Below are positions 50,313-62,473 of a stretch of 64,000 bases of DNA, piece after piece; positions within the stretch are counted from its first letter, which is position 1; each line of letters begins with the position of its first letter. The stretch comes from Octopus bimaculoides (lineage: Eukaryota). The position numbers and the translations under genes were made by a program. A model generated the notes under the pieces. The model was not told the DNA's origin and ran no database searches. It was given only the letters and a program-made list of their open reading frames with translations. The stretch spans positions 45,490,783 to 45,554,782 of the forward strand of contig NC_068982.1 of NCBI RefSeq assembly GCF_001194135.2, in the 5' to 3' direction.

Positions 50313-50714
50313 AGCCTGTCTGTCTGTCTGTCCATCCATCCGTCCGCCTGCCTGCCTGTTTGTCTGTCTATCTGTCTGTCTGAATGTCCCTATATATGTA
50401 GCTGCATACAAAGATAGATATTTATATACATACATACATACATACATACATACATACATACTGTAGGTTTATATTCATAAATATAATTCCAGATCTAAGA
50501 CCACGGTTATTAGTTTCATATCCAGGAGTAAGCCTCGATTTAGTTCATCTAGTATGGCCTGTCCATTTTGGTAGCGATCAAAACAAACACACACACACAC
50601 ACACGCACACACACGCACACACACGTACGTACACGCAAACACGCACACGCACACACACACACACACACATACGCACACGCACACATACGCACACGCAAAC
50701 GCGCGCACGCGCGC

Positions 50715-50758
<44 letters not shown>

Positions 50759-50910
50759 AAAAAAATATTAATTAAATATATTCAGGCAAATACCTCTTTA
50801 AGTACTTTGGGTAAATAGAACCCAGCTAACAAAATAGCCCATTCAATATTACGGTAATCCGTATAAAGTGTATTTTATTCTTTGTGAGAGATGAAGTCGC
50901 TCACCATTTA

Positions 50911-52149
50911 CACAGACATGGCAGAAGTAAATAAATAACTTTATAATCATTAAAAATGATTTAAATCTGAAATTATACATTAAAATTATTTATTAATTGT
51001 TATAATGTGAATATCTAATATTTAGTAGACATGCGCATTGTATTTTTCAATGCAAAGACCCTATTAGGCATGTTACTGATCGGATGACAAATATTCTCTT
51101 GTGGAATTTCTTGCCAAGTTTCATGCAGTAGTCTCAAAAGATCTGGTTTTGAAGATGCTTTCTTGTCCTTTTTATGAAGTGTCCTGTCCATTATGCCCCA
51201 GAGGTGTTCAATAAGGTTCATATCTGGTAACTGGCTTGGCCATGGAAGTCTTTTAATGCCATTCTCATCCAACAAATCTTGGGTTATTTCAGCCGTGTGA
51301 CAAGGAGCCCCATCTTCCATAAATAAAGAGTCTTCTTTAATCATTTCACCACTGGAGAAGATTGGAAGGAGTCCTTTCTGCAATATGGGCACATATTTAT
51401 CTGAGTTTATGTTTCCCTCACACTCCACAAGCTCTGATCAACCATTGCTTCCCCAGACCGTCATAGAATAGCTGTTGTGTTTCATTGTTGACTGCAATAT
51501 TTTCACATCAAATTCTTGATCACAGAGTCTCCAGACCGACACTCGACCACTGTCAGGAAATACAGCAAATCCGGACTCATCGGAAATATGACAGTGTCCC
51601 AAAATGCTAGCGGCTTCTCCACCATCTCACTGACCCAATCTTTTCTCCGCTTGATGTTGGCTGGTCGAAGAAGTGGCTTCCTTCTTGCTGCTCTGCCATA
51701 GTAACTAAGTTTGTGGAGATACCTGACAGCTGTTCTAGGACTGACATCAACTTGTTCTGTTAAGTCAGAGGCCTTGCAGCGAGGATTATCCTCCACACTT
51801 CTAACAAAGAGAAGGGTTCTGTCAGAGTGCTCTGGTTGATCTGGGCTAAGTGATGTGGACTCCTTCCCCTCTCTGGTGAATTGCACAATCACGCTATTAA
51901 CTGTAGAAAGCGGGATCCCAAGGTTTTCTGCGATTTTACGCTATGTCCACTTTCAGAATGACCCACAATACGGCCTCTTTGAAATTCAGACAGTTCCGAA
52001 ACTTCTTTTGTACATGACATGATTATACAGTCACATATAGAACCTGAAACATAAAAACGCCAATTAATAAAAAATATAAACCTTTACAAATTAGAATAAA
52101 CATAAAACGATGTTTTATGGCGTGTCTATTTACTTCTGTCATGTCTGTG
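50911..52149 (-). mobile_element. Tc1-family DNA transposon with both TIRs and a TA TSD
   Basis: TIRs CACAGACATGGCAGAAGTAAATA (50911) and TATTTACTTCTGTCATGTCTGTG (ending 52149). TA lies at 50909-50910 and 52150-52151. Confidence 0.92.
51015..52020 (-). pseudogene. Tc1 DD34E transposase, frameshifted and partly deleted
   Basis: The ATG is at 52020 (MSCTKEVSELSEFQRGRIVG), followed by an HTH region and [10 protein letters not shown]. The first D motif is frameshifted (VIF-SDES). The segment EDGAPCH...DMNLIEHLW has 34 residues between D and E. Confidence 0.9.
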
Positions 52150-52368
52150 TAGCTTCGGTGTATTTATCGCAGACTATATTAGAAAACACATGAAGAATGA
52201 AGATGCATTATCAACGATTTATTTTGCTGATACGTTTAGCATAATACATCGATTAATAATTAATTGATGGCTCGACTAAACGTGGAAAGCTCAATATGCA
52301 GCGGATGCATTGTGCTAAACGATTTGAAACACGTGTAAGCAAAGTAAACCATTGATAATATGTCTTTA

Positions 52369-52691
52369 TACAGTTCTATATTTAAGAGATGAGGAATTAT
52401 GTAAATTATTTACGTTTGACGGATATTTGTCCTCATCTTGTTTGTTGTTAACACAGCGTTTCGGCTGATATACCCTCCAGCCTTCTCATTCCTAAAATTA
52501 TTATTATTATTATTATTATTATTATCATTATTATTATTATTCACATTACTGCCTGGAATCGAACTCAGAATTTTGGGGTTAGTAGCCCGCGCTCTTAACC
52601 CCATTAACCATATGCCCGTAGGCAATTATGGAGTGAATTTTAGGGCTTATAAATCTAATGTTTTCCTATCCTTCCTAAATAATGTAAATAA
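52369..52691 (-). mobile_element. Second copy of the tRNA-head / (AAT)n / hammerhead-remnant chimeric element
   Basis: The head is on the minus strand at 52617-52545. The tail reads GGCTG-gagggtatat-CAGCC-GAAAC...atatccgtcaaacgtaaataat...ttaaatatagaactgta and ends at 52369. A short inverted tail echo, taaataatgtaaataa, lies at 52677-52691. Confidence 0.75.
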
Positions 52692-54798
52692 GAATACATC
52701 TTTATTTTTCATTTTCGGTCTCCCTCCTTTTTCTCAGCCCCTCTCTCTTTCTTTCTCTCTCTTTTCCCGATCTTTCTCTCTATCTCTCTCTCTTTCTCTA
52801 TCTCTCTCTTTCTCTATCTCTCTCTCTTTCTCTATCTCTCTCTCTTTCTCTATCTCTCTCTCTTTCTCTATCTCTCTCTCTATCTATCTAGCTATCTACC
52901 TATCTATCATTATACATGTATTTCATTTTGGTCAACTGAATCAGTTGCTATTATGAGTTTTCGCCTATGAGTGCACAGAATGTTCAGGCAGGTTATGGCT
53001 CATAATTTTCTTGCTGGCCTCGTGCATCCATGAGTAAATATAAGGACAAGCAAGTTAGGCAAGTCGGTATACAAAAAATATTAAATACATTTAATATAAA
53101 AATAAAAAAATGTACATATATCTTGTTATGTCTCAACGCTACTGCTATCTAGCACCTTCGGTTGATCTCTACTCAACCGCTACTCGACTGCCACTCGACT
53201 GCTACTCAACCCACTACCACGGCCAAACTACCTCTATTTATATGTCTTGGGAGATCCTACTTCTTCACCTGGGGGCGTCGACACAACAATCTTCATATAA
53301 AAAGGCCCGACTTGCATAAAATAGAAATTATATCAGGAACGAATGGGGTTGAAAAAGAGTTTTACGAGTCCAGTAACTGTTTCTCAGAACTTGGTGGTCC
53401 AAAGTAATGATTGTAAATTGATTCCGTCATCGGATAATATCAGCCTCCGTCTTCAAGGAAGAGTTTTACATTTGTGGTGTTGACAGAATGGAGTTTAAAG
53501 ATAGANNNNNNNNNNNNNNNNNNNNNNNNNNNNNNNNNNNNNNNNNNNNNNNNNNNNNNNNNNNNNNNNNNNNNNNNNNNNNNNNNNNNNNNNNNNNNNN
53601 NNNNNNNNNNNNNNNNNNNNNNNNNNNNNNNNNNNNNNNNNNNNNNNNNNNNNNNNNNNNNNNNNNNNNNNNNNNNNNNNNNNNNNNNNNNNNNNNNNNN
53701 NNNNNNNNNNNNNNNNNNNNNNNNNNNNNNNNNNNNNNNNNNNNNNNNNNNNNNNNNNNNNNNNNNNNNNNNNNNNNNNNNNNNNNNNNNNNNNNNNNNN
53801 NNNNNNNNNNNNNNNNNNNNNNNNNNNNNNNNNNNNNNNNNNNNNNNNNNNNNNNNNNNNNNNNNNNNNNNNNNNNNNNNNNNNNNNNNNNNNNNNNNNN
53901 NNNNNNNNNNNNNNNNNNNNNNNNNNNNNNNNNNNNNNNNNNNNNNNNNNNNNNNNNNNNNNNNNNNNNNNNNNNNNNNNNNNNNNNNNNNNNNNNNNNN
54001 NNNNNNNNNNNNNNNNNNNNNNNNNNNNNNNNNNNNNNNNNNNNNNNNNNNNNNNNNNNNNNNNNNNNNNNNNNNNNNNNNNNNNNNNNNNNNNNNNNNN
54101 NNNNNNNNNNNNNNNNNNNNNNNNNNNNNNNNNNNNNNNNNNNNNNNNNNNNNNNNNNNNNNNNNNNNNNNNNNNNNNNNNNNNNNNNNNNNNNNNNNNN
54201 NTATATATATATGTATGTAAGTATGTGTGTGTGTGTGTGCATGTGTGTGTATGTGTTTGTGCGTGTGTATGTGTGAGCATGTATCTGTTTTTAAGAATAA
54301 AAGTTTGAGCGTGACTTCAATGTTTTTTGCTGATGTTCGGCTTTGCCAGACAGCTTGATTAATGCTTTATATGTAAACTGAACTGACTGTAATTTCTGTT
54401 TCAGATTGCATTCAGACATAATATATCTTGGAATCAATTATCTAATGTGTACTTTCCTTATTTGCAACAGTAGACGTATTCACATAGATCTATGGTAAAA
54501 GATGTTCTAGCCGTGACTCTTCCGTCTTGTTTGTACACCTAGGACTATATAGTCCAACATCCCTTCTCGTTTTCTAAGACTGTAATGTGTGAACGGAAGG
54601 AGATTTGTCTGGTATCTGTAGCAGGCCAATGGGTAACGTGGGTCCATATCTTTTTAGACATTATTGTTATTGTTTAATCCACCCAAGCCTGAGCAGATTG
54701 ATTTAAAGCTCATTGCGCGATCATGTGGTTCCAAGTTCGAAACCCAATATGTTAACGTGTTGGAAAAATTACATACAAACATACATACATACATACAT

Positions 54799-54906
<108 letters not shown>

Positions 54907-55579
54907 ACGAAAGACGGGCACCCAACACATTTATTGGGAGTTACATGTATAGATCAAAATAGTTTTGATTCAGATTCCTTCGTACTCTGAGTTTCAAGTG
55001 AGTGGCTAGTCTTCGGCCACTGGGTCTGAATGAGAGTTCCATTGAAGAGAGTCAATGTTTACTACTGAACGTTAGCTTACAACTGGTTGAGAAAGGTCAC
55101 GCGGTATATCAATCTGATGTTGGTATTTCAGCGACAACAATTACTTGGAAAATACCGCACGGTGAACAGAAAATCGACTGCATGGTGAACAGGAAATCGA
55201 CCACATGGTGGACAAGAAATCGCTGCGATGGACTGGCGTTCCGTCCAGCTGGGAACACATACGCCATTGAAACCGGGAAACCGGGCCCGTGAGACTGACT
55301 AGGCTTTAAAAAGGCTCATTTATATTATTTATATTTATTACAATTGACTTGTTATAGAAACAAGGAAGTAAGAAGTTGTGCAGATAGTCTCTTACAGCGA
55401 TTGCCATAATAGATGTGCACATCAGCATTTCTTAGCGGACGACGGTAAGCTTTCCACTTAGTACTGGACTATTCCATCTTCATCAGAGAGAGAAAAAAAA
55501 TTGACGCAGGTCCTTAGTAGAGGATTTGTAAAGTTTAGTTTCCTTCGCCTATCTTATGGAAAGCTTATCTTCGTTCGCA

Positions 55580-56040
55580 GAATACCTACAATGCTAGAAG
55601 TGAGAGCTAAAGTGCTCTGATGCTGTAGTCAATGCGTAAACGGCCAAAAGTGGTAGTCACGGTATCCCTGGACCATCGATGGTTTCGACTTTCAGACTGA
55701 AGCGCTCATCAGCAGGGTCGGCACAACTCACCAGATTCCGGACGAGATCCCCAGCAGTATATATGGCTACACCATAGAAATCTATGGATGATATAGCGAA
55801 TCGCTAATGTGTATACAGATAATTAAATTAGGCAACTGTTTAGCTATGTATCACCAAAAAGGAAAACTACGGTTGCTGTCACTATGTATGTATACAGTTA
55901 TGTGCGTTGACTGCAGCATCAGAGCACTTTAGCTCTTATTTCTAGCATTGTAGGCATTCTAACATCCTCTGTCATATTTAATGACAGTTATAGTTTTCCA
56001 TTTTGGTGATATATTGCTAAACAGCTGCCTAATTTAATTA
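55580..56040. repeat. Interleaved inverted repeats A-[HHR]-B-A'-B'
   Basis: A (55580-55635) pairs with A' (55904-55959) at 51/56. B (55820-55881) pairs with B' (55982-56040) with 4 mismatches in the first 49 nt. Confidence 0.85.
55666..55717 (-). ncRNA. Type I hammerhead ribozyme candidate
   Basis: The minus strand reads CCCUG (stem I) CUGAUGA GCGCUUCAGUCUGAAAGUC (stem II) GAA ACCA-UCGA-UGGU (stem III) C CAGGG (stem I). The catalytic core is intact, the cleavage triplet is GUC, stems I and III are perfect, and stem II is imperfect. Confidence 0.75.
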
Positions 56041-56049
56041 AATATATAT

Positions 56050-56770
56050 ATAAACTACAAAATGGGACAAGAACGCAAAACATCCAGACAGTTAGGTAAT
56101 ACAAAAAAGGGACAACAAAACATCCAGATACCCGATACAAAGAAAACAAGGATGAGTCATTCAAAGTTTTCTTTCCTCAGTCGAGTTCCAGATTATCTTT
56201 GCAATTTCGGCTGGTTATACTCGAGATTGCTCCAATCTGGCCAGCTCCAAGGAAAAACTAAGCTAAGTGCATTAGATTTCTTGGAAGAAAGCAGCAAATG
56301 TATACAAAAACAAGGACGAAAAAAAAAACGGAGAATGTTACACAAATACAAATACCAGGACATAACAACAGGTGTCTTTCGACTAAGGACGAATTAAATT
56401 AAGCTGGCGTGTGTAGAAGTAAAACCTTACGGCAGGGATACAAGATTTCACAGGCACAGGGAGGAATATAGATGTTGCACGGACGGCGGCCGAACCAAGA
56501 AAGAAAGGTCAGACTTGGTCGAACACCGGTCACGTGGGGAGAGAAGAGAGCGCTGTCCACTCGTGACCGTGGAAGACCTTCACTGACTATTGTCCATACA
56601 AAATGTCAGTAATTCTCGTGCACGAAGTTATTGCGCTCTCAATCGACTGCACCCGGGTTACCACTCGCGGTGAGCACGAAAGCCGCAGCGCCCACCTACT
56701 CGACCGGACATCGAAAGTCGCTTTAACTAAAGCTGAAGCGAGCCTTGCTTCAATTATACACTCAGACAAG
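56050..56770 (-). mobile_element. Probable PLE-associated repeat (non-coding, pLTR-like)
   Basis: The minus strand has GCTGG...CCAGC-CGAAA preceded by a degenerate core (ccttgga), plus duplicated ggacaa..aaaacatccaga words. The assignment is by resemblance only. Confidence 0.3.
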
Positions 56771-56799
56771 TAGACGGAAACTAAAAAGACCTCTGTGAG

Positions 56800-57210
56800 T
56801 ATAGGCGCCGGCGTGCTGTGTGGTAAGAAGTTTGCTTCTTAACTACGTTTCCGGCTTCAATCCCACAATCCCATTGCGTAACACCTTGAGGAAGCATCTT
56901 CTAATATAGCCCCGGGCCGACTAAAGTCTTGTGAGTGGATTTCGAAGCTGAAAGAATGCCATCGTATATATCTGTGTGTGTATACCTTTGTGTCTGTGTT
57001 AGTCCCCCACCACCGCCTGTTGGCTTGTTTACGCTGCCGTAACTTAGCAATTCAGCGGTGTTGGTTTGTATACATCCCTGTAAAGCATTGCAGTTTGGCA
57101 AAAGAGACTGGCAGAGTAAGTACTAGGCCTGAAAAATAAACACTAGGGCCAATTTGTTCAACTAATTCCTTAAAGGTACTGCCCCAGCACTGATCGAATC
57201 AGGTAAAAGT
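56800..57210 (+). mobile_element. Degenerate family B SINE
   Basis: Reads aggcgccggcgtgctgtgtggtaagaagtttgct...gtaagtactaggc...gtaaaagttaaaga. Confidence 0.75.
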
Positions 57211-58689
57211 TAAAGAAGATTACATCATATAACATCTTACTAACTTAGACGATTTTGTGTGGATTTGGAAGATATTTCTAGCAGATCAATCGACCTCGTT
57301 AGAATTCTCTTGGGTTAATAATGTAATCCGTACTGTGGATTGTACGGATTCGTTTGGTTTATTTTAATATTCAGATCTTAGAGTTTACAAACTAAGATTC
57401 ATCCCAAGAAATTAGCGGATTAGTCTATGTCGGATCAGTGGTCCATGTTTAATGCAACGCTGAGACGATTAACAAAGATACACTTATCGAAAAGTAAATG
57501 AGCCGTATCTGTAGGATTATTAATATCACTGACTTCATTTCCGTTGCGAAATTATTTGTGTTTCTACAAATTAAATGAAAGCCACAGTAGTAAATAATCA
57601 TAATGTTATGTTGTCGTTTTCTTGTAGTTCAACATCAAATCTGAAGTTTAACTCCAAATCAATCCAGAATGAGTGGTGTTATAACACTGTGTAACACGAG
57701 TTTTGTCCTTGAGTAGCAATCGTTATTTTCTAAAGTGTGAAAAATGGTTAATATTTCCTTCAAACTTTGCTTTTGTTACATTTATTCCAATCTCAAAGAA
57801 TTCTTCTCAGCACATGGCTATGATGCTCCCCCAATACTCCTGCTCTGTAGTGTGTGTACACACACTACAGAATAGAGACATCAGCTATCAACACTTTCCA
57901 CTGTAAATTTTCTGAAGAAGTAAATATTGAAATACCTGGTAATATAGTGCTAACGGTCGACTTATATTATTAATCTTTCATAAGTTGTGTTATTTTGGCT
58001 TTTAAAAATAATTAAACTATATATTCTTTTACTTGTTTCAGTCATTTGACTGTGGCCATGATGGAGCATCGCCTTAAAGAGTTTTAGTTGAAGATATCGA
58101 CCCCAGGATATATTCTTTGTAAGCCTAGTACTTATTCTATCAGTATCGGATGTCACGCGATGGCGGTGAGACAAGCACACACACACAAACACACACACAC
58201 NNNNNNNNNNNNNNNNNNNNNNNNNNNNNNNNNNNNNNNNNNNNNNNNNNNNNNNNNNNNNNNNNNNNNNNNNNNNNNNNNNNNNNNNNNNNNNNNNNNN
58301 NNNNNNNNNNNNNNNNATATATATATATATATATATATATAAAATTCAAATTACGATAAACGTAAACAAACAAACGAAGTTTGCTTTTAGAACTGTTGAG
58401 ATGTCTTAGAAAGTTAAAGAAGTGATTTTTTAAATTCTCAAACGCAATATATCTTTGAGTGTGCTTCTCCTTTCAGATTTATGATTTTTTGCAAACGATA
58501 TATATATTTATATATATGTACCTACCTACCTACCTATCTACCTACCTACCTACATACATACATACATACATACTTACATACACATATATATGTCTCCGAT
58601 TTGTGAAATACTTCGCTTCGCAACCACGTGGCCTCAGGTTTTGTCTCAATACGAGGCTTCGGAAAATTTCATTTTGAATAACCATGAGT

Positions 58690-59625
58690 CGACCCATACT
58701 TTTTGTATGTAAATGGCTTGCATAAGGTCCCCATGGCTCTGTTTTCGTGGTAAATACAATAATTCTATGTTAGAATTTGAGTGGTATACTCTCAAAAATA
58801 TCATTACTTTGTTTTCCTGTCTAGCTTTGCCAGTTTATTTACCATCCAACTAAGAATATTATAACTAACTTATAACTAGAGCAGCTAGAGGGTTAATGCA
58901 TATTGCTTATTGTTTCCATTTAGCTATAGTTTAACCATTAATTTAATTCATCAATGATATTCTTTCGCCATCTTTATTTGAGTTTGTTGTTTATTGTTTA
59001 ATTTATTGATTCCTAAGTATTTGTTGTTTGTGTCTAGTCTAATTCTCTTATATTAGTTTATATATCTAGCAGGATGTTACTGTTCTTAATTAATTTTCGT
59101 ATCTTCAAGGCAGCCTTGCCGAATTTTCTAAACTGAATCTCATACAATTTCTTTAGTAAATCCGCATTCTCTGTTGTAATGTTTCTAGTTGTTTATGAAT
59201 TCACTCAAGATCTAGTTGTTGCAGAATACACTTAAGATCATTCATATACATAAAATATGGTTCATTGTCTTATTTTAGCATTGTTACTCTGAGATCAGTT
59301 CTATCTTAAATATGAGTTACCGGCGTCAATTGCAGGCAGAAAATGCATGGATCTAAAAAGTTTCCTTGTAATATCTGTCTTCTGGTAGAGATGGATCTAA
59401 CTCATAGTTTCCTCCTCTGTCTATAATTATAAACCTGTTAGCCATTTACTGATAACGAATTTTATGTATCTTCTTATTACTGGTGCTATCTTAATCGCGA
59501 CTTGTACTTCTATGATCTATCCGTGGGGAATAAGCTCCAAAGCCATCTCGTAGTTAATCCATTCCATGCTAAAACCTTCTTTTTCTTCTCCAATCTTCAA
59601 TAATAGCTTTGTTAATCGGAAGGCA
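58690..59625 (-). mobile_element. R4/Dong-type LINE, RT core to post-RT region, decayed
   Basis: INKAIIEDWRRKRR / SMEWINYEMALELIPHG resembles WIDYxKAFDSVPH, YMNDLK resembles YMDDLK, and LYLPRKQSHGDLMQ resembles RLYLPRxxGGRGL. Confidence 0.8.
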
Positions 59626-59847
59626 TGGAGGTCCGTGTGTCGCTGGAGTAGAGCGCTCTGAAACCGAACGCAGGAGACAACACGAAGAAAGGAGGAGACA
59701 TCATCATCAATCCCCTGCAGCTGTTGCTCGGGGTCACTTTCAGTGCCCTCAGTGACACAGGATCTGCCTATCTCGTATCGGTCTCGTCAGCCTCGTCCGC
59801 TCCCATGAGAAACAACTTGCTGGAGGCAGAAGAGGATGAATGTCTTA

Positions 59848-60097
59848 GATCGACGCTATCATCACTTTTGATGGGTTGTCACAAGCAAATATCAGTAATT
59901 AATCTTTGTAGTCATACGAGTCTTTGTAGCATTGCGTCATAGACATAAACGATAACAACGTTACTTACAAGTTTGTCTCGGATCGATGCTGTCATCACTT
60001 TCGGTGGGCAATCATAAGCAAGTACCAGTAATTAATCTGTGTAGTCACGAGTCTTTGTAACATTGCGCTATAGACACAAACGATTGCAACGTTACTT
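59848..60097. repeat. 133-bp-period tandem duplication (2 diverged copies)
   Basis: gatcgacgctatcatcactt...aacgttactt starts at 59848 and gatcgatgctgtcatcactt...aacgttactt starts at 59981. Confidence 0.8.
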
Positions 60098-60399
60098 CTT
60101 ACGAGTTTCATTTATCTATATATGTTAAGAAAAAAATATGGTTGTACAATGATATGCTCAAGGAATATAAAAAACAGGCGAGAGTAAAGAGGAGGAAAGT
60201 TTACTATGTGAAGCCTCAATCTAGTGTCGTAATGTTCTACTGCTTTAGCTGTTTTTGTGATTGCCATTAACACAAAGAATTAAACACATCATCTCACTTC
60301 TTACAGATATAATCTCTTATCAATAAAAAAATAAGCAGTCCTCATAAAACGTACATACATATACATAGTCATACATAAATTACAATGTGATTGGATGCA

Positions 60400-60712
60400 G
60401 CATAGCCGAGAGATTAAGAAGTCCATTTTTTTGAAAGCAGGTTTCTTTCTTCTCATATCTCTTCTCTCTCTGCGATATTATTGAAGCTACGGCTTTGTAG
60501 CTTATAGGAGAGCATGTTATGCGTCTGTCTGGGAGTCTGTGGTTTCGGTAGATTTCTGAACCAAGCTGGTTTTCTTTTCGGTGAGCCAGTTAGGCGTTGT
60601 CCAGATTTTCATCAGAATCTCATTAAACTGCATGAACTTTATGCTTCTTTCTTAAATACCAGCAGTTGGAAACTTCATAATGCCTGAATGGCTTCCAGTT
60701 CTTATTTAATCT
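60400..60712 (-). mobile_element. R4/Dong-type LINE, start of the RT domain
   Basis: NKNWKP, FNEILMKIWTTPNWLTEKKTSLVQK and RITCSPISYKAVASIISQR resemble NWKAPG..P.WL..G.T.LI.K..RPITCL..YK..TSII. Confidence 0.75.
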
Positions 60713-60715
60713 ATA

Positions 60716-61321
60716 CGAGGGGGTACCCAAAAGTAACCGGGAACGTTCTCTGTGGGACAAGCCCGTTGTAGTTCAGGCTTCCACCGCTAGAAGCCATTTG
60801 ATACGACCCTCAAACATCATTCTGCTGACTGGCATTGACCAGTTGAGTCATACTGCAACGTGGTACGTCTTTGTTTTGGAGAGCTTCTCCCCTGTTCAAC
60901 GATTTTTGCGATGGCTGAAACGAAGGAACAGTGTGCTTCTGTGAAATTCTGTTTTCTGCCTGGGACACTGCCACGAGCAAAACATAAGTTTACGAGTCGT
61001 TTTCTCGCCTTAGGAATGGTCACTTGTCCTTGGAGACCAACCTGGTTCAGGCGACCATCAGCCTCCCGAACGAATGAAAACATCATGAAAATTCATGAAC
61101 TGATCTTGGGGGACCGTCACCGAACAATTGATGATGGAGGCGTTGAAAAGCATCACTTTGCAAGAGATCCAGCACTGCTTCCAGCTATGGAAAACGCGCC
61201 TGGACCAATGCATTGCTTCAAATGGAGAATACTTCGAAGGCGATAGAAGTATAAACATATAAAACTAAGTGAATAAAATAATTCCGGTTTCTTTTGGGTA
61301 CTCCCCCCCACCTCCGCCCAG
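60716..61321 (+). mobile_element. Internally deleted mariner element nested in the R4 LINE
   Basis: TIRs CGAGGGGGTACCCAAAAGTAACCGG (60716) and ttccggtttcttttgggtactcccc (about 61282-61308), with TA flanks. It encodes MAETKEQCASVKFCF and GHLSLEDQPGSGRPSASRTNENIMKIHELILGDRHRTIDD. Confidence 0.88.
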
Positions 61322-62394
61322 TATATTTAATTTTCAGTATCTGGGTTACTTCTGCTGTTGTCACCTAGGGTTGTTCAGATGATGTGTTCGGTGTTCTGAC
61401 TAAATTTTCCGTGGTGGTTTCGTCGCTGCTTATACTCCTTGCCTCCAAATTATTCTACTTTTGCCTTTGCTGTTACTGTTGCATTGATTTCTATTTCATT
61501 TTTTGCTAAGTTCTTGGTAAAAACGTTTTTAGTTAGAGTGGTAAAGCTTGTTTCGTTCACATTTTTTCATACCGACGAATTCTTTACGATTCAGCGAGAT
61601 CCACTTGTTTGAAAACTTCCAAGATCTCAAGCAATTCTTTTTTCTTTTGTTATGTTGTATTTATGTAAATTTCTCTCTCTTTCCGTTTTGTAGTTGTGTC
61701 ATTTCGTTGTTTTCACAAAGATTTGAAAGATCCTTTCTCTAATCTTCTAATTTTTTCCTTCTGAATATTTTTTCTATATAATTAGCTGGTTTTAAAATAC
61801 TCTTATTTGAGTATATCTTAGGGAGTGATCATTTTTCTATGGAACCACAGAAACTTCTACATATAATATTACTTTTGCCTGGTAATGTTGATGTTTCTAC
61901 CTATGTCTATTAAATCTGTGGTAGTCAAGTTGTTGCTGTATTATCATTGAATTACGAAGTGCTTTCTTTGGTCCATAGAATATTTCGTGTTAAATTCTTG
62001 AAGTATACACAATTAAACATTTTCAGGAGCATACTTACCACCATTCGTATATTCTTTAGAGTATCACTTAGTTATTGTCTTCTTTGTGCTACTCTGCTTC
62101 TCTTTCTGTTGGTTATAATCGTGCAGTTTGTGGGGTTGGATTTTTCGTGTTGTTCATTTCGCTTTGGTTGCATGCGTTTGGCCCATCTCAATGGTTTACA
62201 TTCTCAATTTGTTTTTATATTATTCTTGTTCAGTATTTTGTGATCCTGCTTTTCCTTTATTCCTTCTTTTAAATGATCTGTCTAAATTTCTGATATATAT
62301 TTTTTTCGTTTTGCAGTTCCATCTCTTTCCATCTGTTTGCTCTATTGTTTTCTTTTCTCTTTTAATTATTCTACTGTTTCGTTCCTTAAAAGAG
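61322..62394 (-). mobile_element. R4/Dong-type LINE N-terminal (pre-RT) region, decayed
   Basis: RIRRYEK, KRFYQELSK and TAEVTQILK motifs lead into the NWK motif on the other side of the mariner insertion. Confidence 0.65.
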
Positions 62395-62473
62395 TATCTT
62401 CCTGAGTGATATCCAGAAGTTATCGAAGTGTCAGCTACAGGAAGTTTATCATGCCTACAGCTTCATCTTCGTC

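Noticed and set aside
54974-54997. Possible 24-nt plus-strand microexon (ttttgattcag|IPSYSEFQ|gtgagt)
   Set aside because: It is too short to validate, resembles a SINE B-box region, and splice-like words are frequent by chance.
55447-55570. Second CTGATGA (minus strand, about 55487-55493) between 12-bp inverted repeats as a partner hammerhead
   Set aside because: There is no stem II closing onto GAAA and no stem I/III pairing.
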